Shown: in pieces, positions 9,128 through 18,313 of the stretch | How positions within the stretch are numbered: position 1 is the stretch's first letter | Layout of the letters: every line of letters begins with the position of its first letter | Notes under the pieces: generated by a model | Seen by the model: the letters and a program-made list of their open reading frames with translations, nothing else | Databases searched by the model: none | Told to the model about the DNA's origin: nothing | Translations under genes and position numbers: made by a program | From: Candidatus Binatia bacterium | GTDB taxonomy: Bacteria; Desulfobacterota; Binatia; UBA9968 | Assembly (NCBI GenBank): GCA_036506735.1 | Contig: DASXRG010000152.1 | Location: 3,226 to 67,225 of the forward strand | Direction of reading: 5' to 3' | Length of the DNA stretch: 64,000 bases

Positions 9128-9466
9128 ATGCTTTGCAGAAACAAGATCGAACGGTGTTTTTCTACTTTGGTTTTGACCGGCGCCCTCGCGCTCACCGCAA
9201 TGCCGGCGCGCGCCCAAGACGTTCCCGAAGACGTCCCTCCGGGGGTCCAGGGGATTCCTGGCGTGCCGGTCGCTTATTGCCACCTCAAGTTCCCCGCGAT
9301 CGATGAGAAGAGTTTAGGCACCTCACAGCCGATGCTTAAGGAACCCGACCCCGGGAACGTGGTCGATTTCTACGGGCCGTGCGATCACGACCCGCTGGGA
9401 GCCGACGAGGTGAAGAAACAAATACAAGAGCGTTCGGGGGAGACGGACAGCCAATTCTCCGACTAG
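9128..9466 (+). CDS. hypothetical secreted protein
   Basis: ATG at 9128 lies 7 nt after AAGGAG. Signal peptide LVLTGALALTAMPARAQD. No recognisable family. Confidence 0.45.
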   Translation: MLCRNKIERCFSTLVLTGALALTAMPARAQDVPEDVPPGVQGIPGVPVAYCHLKFPAIDEKSLGTSQPMLKEPDPGNVVDFYGPCDHDPLGADEVKKQIQERSGETDSQFSD

Positions 9467-9522
9467 GTTGCCAGCGCGCAGCACCGGGGAGGGGATAAGC
9501 TCTCCGGTGCCCGGCGCCTTGG

Positions 9523-11346
9523 TTATCTTCCGATGCGCTTGCGCTTGTTGGCGATGTAATCGACGACGATGTAGTTGCCGATCTGGTCCGGTGACGTGTA
9601 GAAAACGCGGCCGGTGTTCAGACGGGAAAGCTGGTCGATGAAGCCGCGGCGATAAAAGTCGGTGCCGAGCATGAAGGTATTGATCTTGATGCCGCTCTGC
9701 GTGCAGCGCCGGACCTCCTTGAGCGTTTCCTGCACGATTCTCTCGTGCAGAAGCGCCGAGCCCCAGCCGCTATGGAGCCGGCCGCCGCGGTCGAGCGTCA
9801 CCGCCGTGGGCTCGCCGTCGGTGATGAGGATGATCTGACGGTTGGCCGCTTTCTGCGCGCCCAAAACCTGACGCGAAAAGCGCAGCGCCTCCTTGATGTC
9901 GGTGCCGTGCTCCATGAAGTAAGTGATGGCGACGATCGACGGCAGATCCTGCGCGCGAATGACCTTGGCGTTGGAGCGAAAAGCCACCAGGTGAAGCACG
10001 TCCTGCGGATACTTGGTCTCGATCAGGCGGTGCAGCGCCAGCGCGACTTTCTTTCCCGCGTGCAGCGCGTCGTTCATGAGCATCGAGTAGCTCACGTCGA
10101 TGAGCAGCACGGTTTCGCAATCGGTCGAGAATTCCTGGCGATGCACGGCAAAATCTTCGGGACCGACCCTTAAGGGCACGCCGCGGCCGCCCCGTTCCAG
10201 AGAGTTCATCAAGGTCTCGCTGATCTTCACGTTCAGCGGGTCGCCGTACTCGTACTTCTTCGTCTCCTCCAGCGTCTCGCCCTGCAGTCCCCTGAGCGCC
10301 GTGTTGTGGTCGCCCCAGCGGTTCCGGTTGAGCATCTGAAAGATTTCCCGAAGCGCCTTGTCGCCGATTTTTCTCATGCCCTTCGGGCTGAGCTTCAGGC
10401 CCTGTCCCGTGCGCACGAGATAGCCGTCTTCCTCGAGCATGCGCTCGATGCCCTTCAAATACTTGAGCTGCTCGTAAGCTTCTTCTCCCAACAGCTCGCG
10501 GATCTCTTCCAGATCGAGGTCGGCGATGTCCGCCATTCCCCTCTGTCCCCAGCGGAGAAATTGTTCGAGCTTTTTGAGCTGGCCCAGAATCTGGCCCGCC
10601 TCGCCCATGCCCATCCGCTGCGACCCCTGGAAAGGGTACTGGTTGAGCAGGTCTTGCAACTGTTCCATCTGGCTCAGCGCGTCGCTCAACTGGCCGAGCT
10701 GCTCCTGGGTGAGCGAGTTCAGGTTCTCCAGGAGATTGTCCAGATCCTCCACCGCGGCGTCGAGCATGTTGGGGAGATTCTTGAGAAAGTTTTCGTCCTC
10801 CAGGAGCCGGTTCATTCGATCGAGCATCTCCATGAGATTTTGCTGGCCCTGGCCCGGCAGGTCCTGCGGCCGCTTCATCTTGCGCTGGGCGATCTGGTCC
10901 TTTAGACGGTCGCGCAATTCCTGATAGCGCTGAAATCCCTCCTGCATCTTGCGCGCCAGCTCGTCCATGTTCTGCGCGTACTTGCCGGAAAGCCGCTCCA
11001 TGAAGTTGCGCATCTTCTCATGATAGGCCTCGAGCTTTTCCGCCAAGCTGTTGAGCTTGTCGCTGAGCGCCTTGGCCTCCCCGGGCGTGAGCTTGAAGGA
11101 TTCGGGCGAGTATTTTTCCAGCAGGTCCTTTTTCTTCTCCTCGGCTTCGCGGAGAAAATCCCGCAGGCCCTTGACCGAGCGGAGGCCGTCGTCGGACGCC
11201 ACGCCGCGGCGCATCAAATCCCGTAGCGCCCGGCGCACGCCTTCCTCCTCGAGAAAATTGTCGGACAGATGCTTGAGAAGGTCCTCGGAAGTCGGAAAGC
11301 GAATTTCCTGCGTGCCGTCCCACTGCGTATAACGGTGGACTCTCAT
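9523..11346 (-). CDS. VWA-domain protein with long central coiled-coil-like region
   Basis: 607 aa. The N-terminus RYTQWDGTQ..DLL resembles MoxR-associated VWA proteins. The C-terminal VLLIDVSYSM and ILITDGEPT motifs indicate a VWA MIDAS site. Confidence 0.8.
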   Translation of the reverse strand: MRVHRYTQWDGTQEIRFPTSEDLLKHLSDNFLEEEGVRRALRDLMRRGVASDDGLRSVKGLRDFLREAEEKKKDLLEKYSPESFKLTPGEAKALSDKLNSLAEKLEAYHEKMRNFMERLSGKYAQNMDELARKMQEGFQRYQELRDRLKDQIAQRKMKRPQDLPGQGQQNLMEMLDRMNRLLEDENFLKNLPNMLDAAVEDLDNLLENLNSLTQEQLGQLSDALSQMEQLQDLLNQYPFQGSQRMGMGEAGQILGQLKKLEQFLRWGQRGMADIADLDLEEIRELLGEEAYEQLKYLKGIERMLEEDGYLVRTGQGLKLSPKGMRKIGDKALREIFQMLNRNRWGDHNTALRGLQGETLEETKKYEYGDPLNVKISETLMNSLERGGRGVPLRVGPEDFAVHRQEFSTDCETVLLIDVSYSMLMNDALHAGKKVALALHRLIETKYPQDVLHLVAFRSNAKVIRAQDLPSIVAITYFMEHGTDIKEALRFSRQVLGAQKAANRQIILITDGEPTAVTLDRGGRLHSGWGSALLHERIVQETLKEVRRCTQSGIKINTFMLGTDFYRRGFIDQLSRLNTGRVFYTSPDQIGNYIVVDYIANKRKRIGR

Positions 11347-11459
11347 CGCGACTCACTATAGCGCAGAAGAAAATGGAAGGAAATAGGGATAAAAATCGGC
11401 TGATCCGGGGTCGGTGATGAGACTCTTGGAATTTTCTCCGTTACGACGACTTCCAAAGG

Positions 11460-12473
11460 CTATCGTGGTATTTGAGGTCTCCAGCTCCTTAGCTCTTGCT
11501 CGACCTGTTTGACAAAACGGTTATCAAAAACCCGCTCCGGCGGAATCTGCCCGGTCATATTGGCGGCCTGCTGCATAATCAAAATGGCGGCGCGTTGATC
11601 CTCCTCCGTTAAATAACCCGAAGGCACATACACCTCGTCTCTCAGAGTCTCGTAGTTCTGAATCGCCTCGTCTCTGGTTAGACGAAACATCTGCATCATC
11701 TTTGAAAGGACGTACTCCTTCTGGGTCAGAACAAATTGAAGTCCTTTAAACGAAGCCCGCACCATTTTGCTTGTTTCTGAAGGTTCTCGTGATATTTTTT
11801 CGTCTCTCGTTGCTATCCCGGCCGCCGGCCACCTGACATAATCGGTGGCTTTAGCCAGTACTTTGTACCCCATCTGAACAGCCTTAAAATCAAAGGGGGT
11901 GGTAAGGACTGCGGCTTGCACCGCCCCTGATGTGAGAGCGGCAAATCGATCTTGGGAGGCGCCTACGCCGATCAAGCCAACATCTCTGAAGGGATCCAGG
12001 CCATTCCTTTTGAAAATCTCTCTTATCGTGACCTCGGTAATACTGCCGAGCCCGCCGGTACTGACCGTCCTTCCTTTCAGGTCCGCGATTGAATGGATGT
12101 CTGGTTTAGCAATCAGCCAATAATTCAGCTTTGCGGCAGTAAAGACTATTTTAAGAGGCTGCTGGCTGCGAACGATGGTATCCATGACCGCCCCGGTGGT
12201 ATGAGCGTAATCGAAATTACCGGTTATGAGACCTTTGGCCACTAAACCTCCGCCCCGAACTAAAATAAACTCCGGCGCCAAGCCCTCCTCACCGAAAAAC
12301 CGTAAATCCTTCTCAAGCAAAAACCACAACATGTAAGCGGAGAATGCAGGATAAGCTACCGTTACCTTCTTCAATGGAACTTCAGCAGGGTAAATTTTAA
12401 TGGATGAGAAGGCGATTATTAGGGGAACGAGCAAGCTCACGAGTGTATAGGTAATGACCGCAATGGGCTTCAT
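11460..12473 (-). CDS. ABC transporter substrate-binding protein (NMT1/THI5-like, NitT/TauT type)
   Basis: 337 aa with an N-terminal TM/signal segment and a DLKGRTV..G.GS pattern. The gene lies in a low-GC island (about 45-53% GC in sampled lines). Confidence 0.8.
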   Translation of the reverse strand: MKPIAVITYTLVSLLVPLIIAFSSIKIYPAEVPLKKVTVAYPAFSAYMLWFLLEKDLRFFGEEGLAPEFILVRGGGLVAKGLITGNFDYAHTTGAVMDTIVRSQQPLKIVFTAAKLNYWLIAKPDIHSIADLKGRTVSTGGLGSITEVTIREIFKRNGLDPFRDVGLIGVGASQDRFAALTSGAVQAAVLTTPFDFKAVQMGYKVLAKATDYVRWPAAGIATRDEKISREPSETSKMVRASFKGLQFVLTQKEYVLSKMMQMFRLTRDEAIQNYETLRDEVYVPSGYLTEEDQRAAILIMQQAANMTGQIPPERVFDNRFVKQVEQELRSWRPQIPR

Positions 12474-13372
12474 GGTCGTTGATTCCGTGTTTTTAAAAAG
12501 TCCTTAAATACGCGAACGGGATGGGAGTCCAGTCGTTTCTTATGAACCGCGATGTAGGTTGTTCGCTTCACCTTGAACTCCGGTACCTTCAATACTTTGA
12601 TCCTTCCCGCCTTGATATCCCCCGTCACGTGACACTTAGCAATGAATCCAATGCCCAGACCGCTCGCCACCGCATTCCTGATCGCATCCCTTACAGCAAA
12701 CTGATTGCCGATTTCTATCGAAGGCGTTAACGGCACCTCTTTATCGGCAAAGGCTTGTTCCAGGATCTCGCGGATGCGCATGCCTTCTCTTGGCACGATC
12801 AGCGGTTCACTCGAGAGCTGTTCCAAAGAAACGGAACGTTTCTTGGTTAACGGATGCTTAGGCGGAGCAATAACCACGATCTCTTCCTGGTGGTAAGGTT
12901 CCGTAGATATATTGGGCGCATGGGCAGCCCAGCCCAATAAAGCAAGATCGATATTACCTTCCGAAAGCTCCTTTTCCAAAAGATCGCTGGTATAAACATC
13001 CAAGTTGATCTCGATCTCGGGATGTTTTTTTTTGAATTTTTGGATAGCTGCCGGAAGAAAAGAGGCCGCGGCCAGGACCGACCCTCCAATTCTTAGTCGA
13101 TGTTTTCCTTCTGCTTCAGCCATCGCTTCCGGAATCTTATCGACAGTGGCGATTGTATGCTCTGCCAGCCGCAGCAACCGTCTGCCGGCTTCAGTGAGGC
13201 GAGGTTTCACCCCCAATTTTTCAAACAGCTTTACCCCCAAGCTCTTCTGTAGGCCGATAATCAACGAAGAAACTGAAGGTTGGCTGATATTCAAAACTTT
13301 CCCGGCCTCGGTGAAGCTGCTTTCCCGGGCCACCGTAGCGAACACCTTCAACTGCCACAGCGTCATTAGCAA
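12470..13372 (-). CDS. LysR-family transcriptional regulator
   Basis: LWQLKVFATVARESSFTEAGKVLNISQPSVSS forms the HTH. A 4-nt ATGA overlap couples it to the downstream SBP gene. Low-GC paralogue of 5430..6326. Confidence 0.9.
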   Translation of the reverse strand: MLMTLWQLKVFATVARESSFTEAGKVLNISQPSVSSLIIGLQKSLGVKLFEKLGVKPRLTEAGRRLLRLAEHTIATVDKIPEAMAEAEGKHRLRIGGSVLAAASFLPAAIQKFKKKHPEIEINLDVYTSDLLEKELSEGNIDLALLGWAAHAPNISTEPYHQEEIVVIAPPKHPLTKKRSVSLEQLSSEPLIVPREGMRIREILEQAFADKEVPLTPSIEIGNQFAVRDAIRNAVASGLGIGFIAKCHVTGDIKAGRIKVLKVPEFKVKRTTYIAVHKKRLDSHPVRVFKDFLKTRNQRP

Positions 13373-13386
13373 TCTCCTAAGTTATA

Positions 13387-13407
13387 GATCGAGATTTTCT
13401 CGCGATC
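13387..13407. promoter_or_regulatory. candidate LysR box (GATCG-N11-CGATC dyad)
   Basis: Dyad gatcgagattttctcgcgatc lies in the divergent region between the LysR gene (12470..13372) and the ferredoxin gene (13534). It fits the T-N11-A pattern. Confidence 0.35.
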
Positions 13408-13533
13408 TGATGGAGAAAGCAAGAATTATTCTCGCTATTCCCCCCTTTGAGTTCCTGCTCCGCCTGTTTCAATGGGTGGCCGAATCGGCGAGAATGAGCT
13501 AAATAACAAACATCACGGCCGAAGGAGGCGGAC

Positions 13534-13749
13534 ATGAAAATCACCGTCGATCGGACGAAGTGCGAGGGCTACGGCAAATGCGTCGAAGCGGTGCCGAAGG
13601 TTTTCAAGCTGGACGAAAAATTCATCGCCACGGTCGCCGATCCCAAGGGAGACACAGACGAAAAGATTCTGCTGGCGGCGAAGATTTGTCCCACCAAGGC
13701 GATCATACTCGAGGACGAGGGCGGAAAACAAATCTTTCCGCCGGCGTAA
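13534..13749 (+). CDS. small single-cluster ferredoxin
   Basis: 71 aa. CEGYGKC...CP spacing is typical of Fer4_13/15-type ferredoxins. GGAGG Shine-Dalgarno upstream. Confidence 0.8.
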   Translation: MKITVDRTKCEGYGKCVEAVPKVFKLDEKFIATVADPKGDTDEKILLAAKICPTKAIILEDEGGKQIFPPA

Positions 13750-13752
13750 ACC

Positions 13753-14886
13753 GTGACTTCCTCGGAGTACGTCATCATCGGCGCCGGTTTTGCCGGCGCC
13801 GCGACCGCCTATCATTTGGCGCTCACCGGCGCGCGGGAAATTCTCATTCTGGAACAAGAGGAAGTGCCCGGCGTCCATTCTTCGGGCCGCAACGCGGCGA
13901 TGGTGCGCCAGGTGGTTTCCGACCCGGCGCTCGCCGAGCTTACCGCGGAAGGCGCCGCCTTTTTGCAGTCCTTGCCGCCGGACTGGCCGGTCCCGGTGGA
14001 CTTCGAGCGGAACGGCTCGCTGCTTCTCGGCAGCGGCGCCGGCTGGCCGAAGCTTGCGGCCGATGCCGATGCGGCGCGGCGGATGGGCATGGCGGTGGAA
14101 TGCTGGTCACGTGAGCGCGCGTGTGATTTTGTCCCGGCGCTCGAGGACGCGGACTTCGAAGGCGCCGTGTGGTGCGCGACGGATGGAGTGGTGGATATTC
14201 ACGCGCTGCTCACCGGCTATCTCAAGGCCGCGCAATCTTTGGGCGCGCGCGTCCGTTATCGCGCCGCGGTCAAGAAGATCGAGGTGGTCGGCGGCCGGGT
14301 GACGGCCGTGGTTACCGATGGCGAAACGATAAAGACCGACGCCGTCATCGACGCCGCCGGCCCGTGGGCGGCGACGGTCGCGAAGCTGGCCGGCGCCGTA
14401 GAGGCGCCGCTCAGCCCGTGCCGCCGCCACCTGTTCGTCACCGCTCCCATCGCGTCGGTCAGTCGCAAGTGGCCGTTCGTTTGGGACACCACGCACGAAT
14501 TTTATTTTCGTCCGGAAGGCGGCGGGCTGCTGCTTTGCCCGTGCGATCAGGAGGAGATGGCGCCGTGCGATACGCCCACCGACGAGTCGGCGACCGAACT
14601 CCTGTACGAGAAGATCCGGCGCTATCTTCCGGGGCTGTCCGACGTGGCGATCAAAAAACACTGGGCGGGATTCAGAACGCTTTCGTCCGACGGCCGCTTT
14701 GTGATCGGTTGGGATCCGAAGGTGAAAGGCTTCTTCTGGGTCGCCGGCTTGGGCGGCCACGGCGTGACGACCAGCTCCGCGGTCGGCGCGCTGGCGGCGA
14801 AGCTGATCCTCAACCCTGATTCGCCGGAAGGGCGCGAGTTTTCACCCGGCCGATTTTCGCAGCGATTTCGCGGCGCAAAAATTTAA
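13753..14886 (+). CDS. FAD-dependent oxidoreductase (DAO family)
   Basis: GTG start 4 nt after the ferredoxin stop. VIIGAGFAGAATAYHLA is a dinucleotide-binding motif. Confidence 0.85.
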   Translation: MTSSEYVIIGAGFAGAATAYHLALTGAREILILEQEEVPGVHSSGRNAAMVRQVVSDPALAELTAEGAAFLQSLPPDWPVPVDFERNGSLLLGSGAGWPKLAADADAARRMGMAVECWSRERACDFVPALEDADFEGAVWCATDGVVDIHALLTGYLKAAQSLGARVRYRAAVKKIEVVGGRVTAVVTDGETIKTDAVIDAAGPWAATVAKLAGAVEAPLSPCRRHLFVTAPIASVSRKWPFVWDTTHEFYFRPEGGGLLLCPCDQEEMAPCDTPTDESATELLYEKIRRYLPGLSDVAIKKHWAGFRTLSSDGRFVIGWDPKVKGFFWVAGLGGHGVTTSSAVGALAAKLILNPDSPEGREFSPGRFSQRFRGAKI

Positions 14887-14941
14887 TTTCCGGATTCTTG
14901 GATTTCATTCGACATTCAAAGTTCACGATTCGGAATTGTTT

Positions 14942-15673
14942 TTATTTCGGCGTGCGCAGGAAAAAAGTCTGGCCGGTGATGTGCTGCGCCGGCTCCGAGA
15001 GCAGATAGCGCACCAGGCCGACGATCTCTTCCTTGGTCGTGAGACCGCCCATAAGCGGCGGCACTGTCGCGCGCTTTTGCCATTCTTCTTCGGTCGAGCC
15101 CGAGCGCGACATCGCGGTATCGGTCGCGCCCGGCGCGATCGCGTTGACGAGAACGTTGTCGGGCGCCAGCTCCACCGCGAGCGATTTAACGAACGCGATC
15201 ACGCCGGCCTTCGACGCGGCGTAGTGCGCCGCGCGCGGCTGGCCGACGACGCCGCGGCCCGAAGCGAGGCAGATGATGCGTCCGGATTTTCTCCCGGCCA
15301 TGTGGCGCGCGGCCGCCTGCGAGCAAAGGAAAGTGCCTTTCAAGTTGACGCGTAGCACCCGGTCCCAATCTTCTTCGGCCATCTCCCGGACCGAGGCGCG
15401 CGAGATCACGCCGGCGCCGTTGATCAGAAAATCGATCCTCGAGTAATGTTCGAGGGTTTTCTCCACCATGCGCGCGACGCTCGCCTTATCCCCGACGTCG
15501 ACTTTTTGAAACAGCGCCGCGCCGCCTTGGCCGGCGATTTCTTCCGCGAGGGAATTTCCAGCGCCTTCGGCGAAGTCGGCGACGATCACCTTCATTCCAT
15601 CCTGCGCCAGGGCGCGGCAGATCGGCGCGCCGATGCCGCCGGCGCCGCCGGTCACGATGACTACTTGCGACAT
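14942..15673 (-). CDS. SDR-family oxidoreductase (FabG-like)
   Basis: TGGAGGIG, NGAG and YAASKAG catalytic motifs. Confidence 0.9.
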   Translation of the reverse strand: MSQVVIVTGGAGGIGAPICRALAQDGMKVIVADFAEGAGNSLAEEIAGQGGAALFQKVDVGDKASVARMVEKTLEHYSRIDFLINGAGVISRASVREMAEEDWDRVLRVNLKGTFLCSQAAARHMAGRKSGRIICLASGRGVVGQPRAAHYAASKAGVIAFVKSLAVELAPDNVLVNAIAPGATDTAMSRSGSTEEEWQKRATVPPLMGGLTTKEEIVGLVRYLLSEPAQHITGQTFFLRTPK

Positions 15674-15696
15674 ATATTAATTACTTCAAACGGAAT

Positions 15697-16764
15697 TTAC
15701 CGGCCGAGAAGAAACTCTTCTCTCAGTTGCTGGTACTGTTTGCCGAATTGATCCGTGTCCTCGGGTTTCAGCAGGAGGATGCGGACGCGATTGGCTTCCA
15801 TATCGAGCTCGGAATATCTGGGCCGGACGTCGCGGCGGGGGGAAAGCCGGCCGAAGTCGGAAAAAATTTTCTGTCCGGCCTGAGACAACAGATAATCCAT
15901 CAACAACGCGGCGCCGTACGGGTGGGGCGCGTCCCGGGTGACCGCCACCGGGCTCGCCGTCGCTGGAGTCGGATCGGGGTAGACGATCTCTACCGGACAA
16001 CCTTTCTTGTGCTTCACGTCCGCGAGCCGGTAGGCGTATAGCTCCACCGCCGCCTTGAACTCACCGGCGCAGAGCAGCTCCGCGATCAACGTGTGGCCTT
16101 TGCGCACGACGATTTCGTTCTTGCTCAGCGCCTGGAGCAACTTCTTGGTCTTTTCCGGTCCCCAGGTCTTCAGCCATGCCATGATCGTCTTGTCCGAATC
16201 CATGTCGATGGCGAAATTTCCCTTCCATTTGGGGTCGAGAAAGTCCTCGTATTTTTTCGGCGCCTGCGCCGCGGGCACGAGCTTGGTATTGTAAGCCATC
16301 ACGGCGACGTTGTAATCGTAACCGGTCCAATAACCCGCGCGGTCCTTTTGCGAGTCGGGATAAGCCGCGCGCTCGGGCGAGTTGTAGCGGCCCAGCAAAT
16401 TGACTCGAATCAGGGCCGACACGTGCTCGTTGCTCGGGCCGACGAGGTCGGCGAAAGATTTGCCCGCTTTTGCCTCGGTGAGCGCCCGGTTGGCGATCTT
16501 CTCTCCGCTCGCGCGCCAAACCTCGAGCTTCACCGGATAAACTTTTTCGAACTCGACCCTGATCTTCTCGAAATTTTCCGCGTTCAAGTTGCCGTAAAGG
16601 ACGACCCGTCCCTCCGCCTTCGCGCCCTCGACGACGCGCTTCTGCCGCTCCGCCGCCGGCAATTTTTCCAGCTCCTTCCAGATCTCTTCCGGCTCTTTGG
16701 CTTGAGCGGACGGGAAGCAGAGCGCGAGCAGCAGAAAGACACCGGCGAATTTGAGCATCGGCAT
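15697..16764 (-). CDS. ABC transporter substrate-binding protein (family 1, Fe3+-type)
   Basis: Signal peptide FLLLALCFPSAQA. Paralogous to 4411..5418. Confidence 0.8.
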   Translation of the reverse strand: MPMLKFAGVFLLLALCFPSAQAKEPEEIWKELEKLPAAERQKRVVEGAKAEGRVVLYGNLNAENFEKIRVEFEKVYPVKLEVWRASGEKIANRALTEAKAGKSFADLVGPSNEHVSALIRVNLLGRYNSPERAAYPDSQKDRAGYWTGYDYNVAVMAYNTKLVPAAQAPKKYEDFLDPKWKGNFAIDMDSDKTIMAWLKTWGPEKTKKLLQALSKNEIVVRKGHTLIAELLCAGEFKAAVELYAYRLADVKHKKGCPVEIVYPDPTPATASPVAVTRDAPHPYGAALLMDYLLSQAGQKIFSDFGRLSPRRDVRPRYSELDMEANRVRILLLKPEDTDQFGKQYQQLREEFLLGR

Positions 16765-16817
16765 GGGCGGCTCCTTTGCCTATTCTTACCACAGAGCGGC
16801 GGAACGAAGTCAACGGC

Positions 16818-18173
16818 CTAACCTGGAAACGCCGCGGTCCAACGCCTGCTGAAAAATCGGCACAGGTTCGTCGCCAGGCGCCAGGCCATCAAAAGGCTGA
16901 GACCGATCCAGACGCCCAAGAGGCCCCATTCAAAATGGAGCGAGAGCCAGGCGATCGGCACGAAAATTCCAAGCGCGCCGGCGAGCATCGCCCACATGAG
17001 ATAGCGGGTGTCGTGCGTGCCGAGGAGGAATCCGTCCGAGGCGAACACGACTCCGTTGACCGGTTGAAAAAGGGCGAGCAGCGCGAAGATCGCGACGCCC
17101 AGAAGCGCGGCGATTTCAGGGCTTCCCGTGAACAGGGCGATCAACGACGGCTTCAGCAGGATGTAAGCGGCGCCGAACGCGAGGCCGGCGACCGAGCCGC
17201 ACAGGATCAAGACCTTTCCCATTCGATAAGCTTCGCCGGGCCGATGGGCGCCCATGTGCTTCGCGGCGAGCGTCTGCCCGGCCACCGCGATGCCGTCGAT
17301 CGTGTCCGACGAGAGGAGAAATAATTGCAGAGCGATTTCATGGCTCGACAAGACCGCCGTGCCCATGCGCGCCACCGTGCCGGTGGCGAAGACGAGCGAA
17401 AAGCGCAGCGCGCCGGTGCGCACCGCGAGGTCGCGGCCGATGCGGGAAAGCGAGAGCAGCCGGCGCGCGTCGAGCCGCCAGCGCGTGAGCTTGTATTGCG
17501 ACGTGTACGAAGAAAAAAAGAGCATGCCGAGGCAAAGGGTGCCGGCAAGAGTCTGCGAAACGAGGATCGCGACGGCGGCGCCCCTGAGGCCGAGCGCCGG
17601 GAGACCGAGGCCGCCGTAAATCAAAAGGTAATCGAGAACCGTGTTGAGACCGTTGGCGGCGAAAGCGATGATCATCGGCGTGCGCGTGTCCTGGATGCCG
17701 CGCAGAAAGCCGACGCAGGCGAAAACAAAAAAAGTGAAAGGCGTTCCCGCGATGCGGATGCGAAAATAGGCCGCGCCTTGTTCGAGCACGTCGGGACCCG
17801 CGCCCATCCATAGATAGAGCTGCGGCGCGAACAGTATTCCGAGAACGGCGACCGCGAGCCCGCCGATCGCGGCAAGAAAGAGCGCATGGAGACATATCTC
17901 GCCGCAGACCTCCGGTTCGTCCGTGCCGCGGTGGTAGCCGACCAAGGTGGTCGTGCCAAAAATGAGAAAAGCAAAAATCCAGTAGATGCCGCCGATGAGA
18001 GAGGAGGCGATGGCGCGCGCCGCGAGCGGCACGACGCCAAGGCGGCCGATCATCGCGGTGTCAGCGACCAGGAACACCGGCTCGCTGGCGATCGCCAGCA
18101 TGGCGGGAATCGCGAGGCGGAAGATATCTTTCAGGTGAGACGAAGGCTCGGCTTCAGGTTCCACTGTTGCCAC
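16818..18173 (-). CDS. MATE-family efflux transporter
   Basis: 451 aa with about 12 TM segments. The N-terminal LAIPAML...EPVFLVADTAMIGRLG is typical of MATE proteins. Confidence 0.85.
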   Translation of the reverse strand: MATVEPEAEPSSHLKDIFRLAIPAMLAIASEPVFLVADTAMIGRLGVVPLAARAIASSLIGGIYWIFAFLIFGTTTLVGYHRGTDEPEVCGEICLHALFLAAIGGLAVAVLGILFAPQLYLWMGAGPDVLEQGAAYFRIRIAGTPFTFFVFACVGFLRGIQDTRTPMIIAFAANGLNTVLDYLLIYGGLGLPALGLRGAAVAILVSQTLAGTLCLGMLFFSSYTSQYKLTRWRLDARRLLSLSRIGRDLAVRTGALRFSLVFATGTVARMGTAVLSSHEIALQLFLLSSDTIDGIAVAGQTLAAKHMGAHRPGEAYRMGKVLILCGSVAGLAFGAAYILLKPSLIALFTGSPEIAALLGVAIFALLALFQPVNGVVFASDGFLLGTHDTRYLMWAMLAGALGIFVPIAWLSLHFEWGLLGVWIGLSLLMAWRLATNLCRFFSRRWTAAFPG

Positions 18174-18243
18174 AGGCTGTCGGAAGCGTGCTCACCACGG
18201 AGACACAGTGTTTGCAGAGTTAATTTCAACTCATCCCTCCGCG

Positions 18244-18285
18244 TCAGCCTGATCCGCCTGAGGCGGATCTCTTTTTGGCCGATCC
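18244..18285 (-). repeat. family 1 palindromic element (inverted orientation)
   Basis: The reverse complement, ggatcggccaaaaagagatccgcctcaggcggatcaggctga, shares its first 18 nt exactly with the copy at 23588-23625, followed by an analogous palindrome. Confidence 0.65.
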
Positions 18286-18313
18286 TCCGCGCCTCGGCGG
18301 TGAATGACCCGAT

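Noticed and set aside
11349-11361. 13-nt exact match (CGACTCACTATAG) to the core of the T7-class phage promoter, at the edge of the low-GC island
   Set aside because: It lacks the upstream TAATA recognition part. It is a single occurrence, it points antisense to the island genes, and no phage-type RNA polymerase or other phage genes are in the window. Most likely coincidence, though a genome-wide count would settle it.
16061-16821. 250-aa minus-strand and 242-aa plus-strand ORFs overlapping the solute-binding protein gene 15697..16764
   Set aside because: They are alternate or antisense frames. The SBP frame has a clean signal peptide and family-1 SBP pattern, and the alternatives are Arg/Gly-rich.
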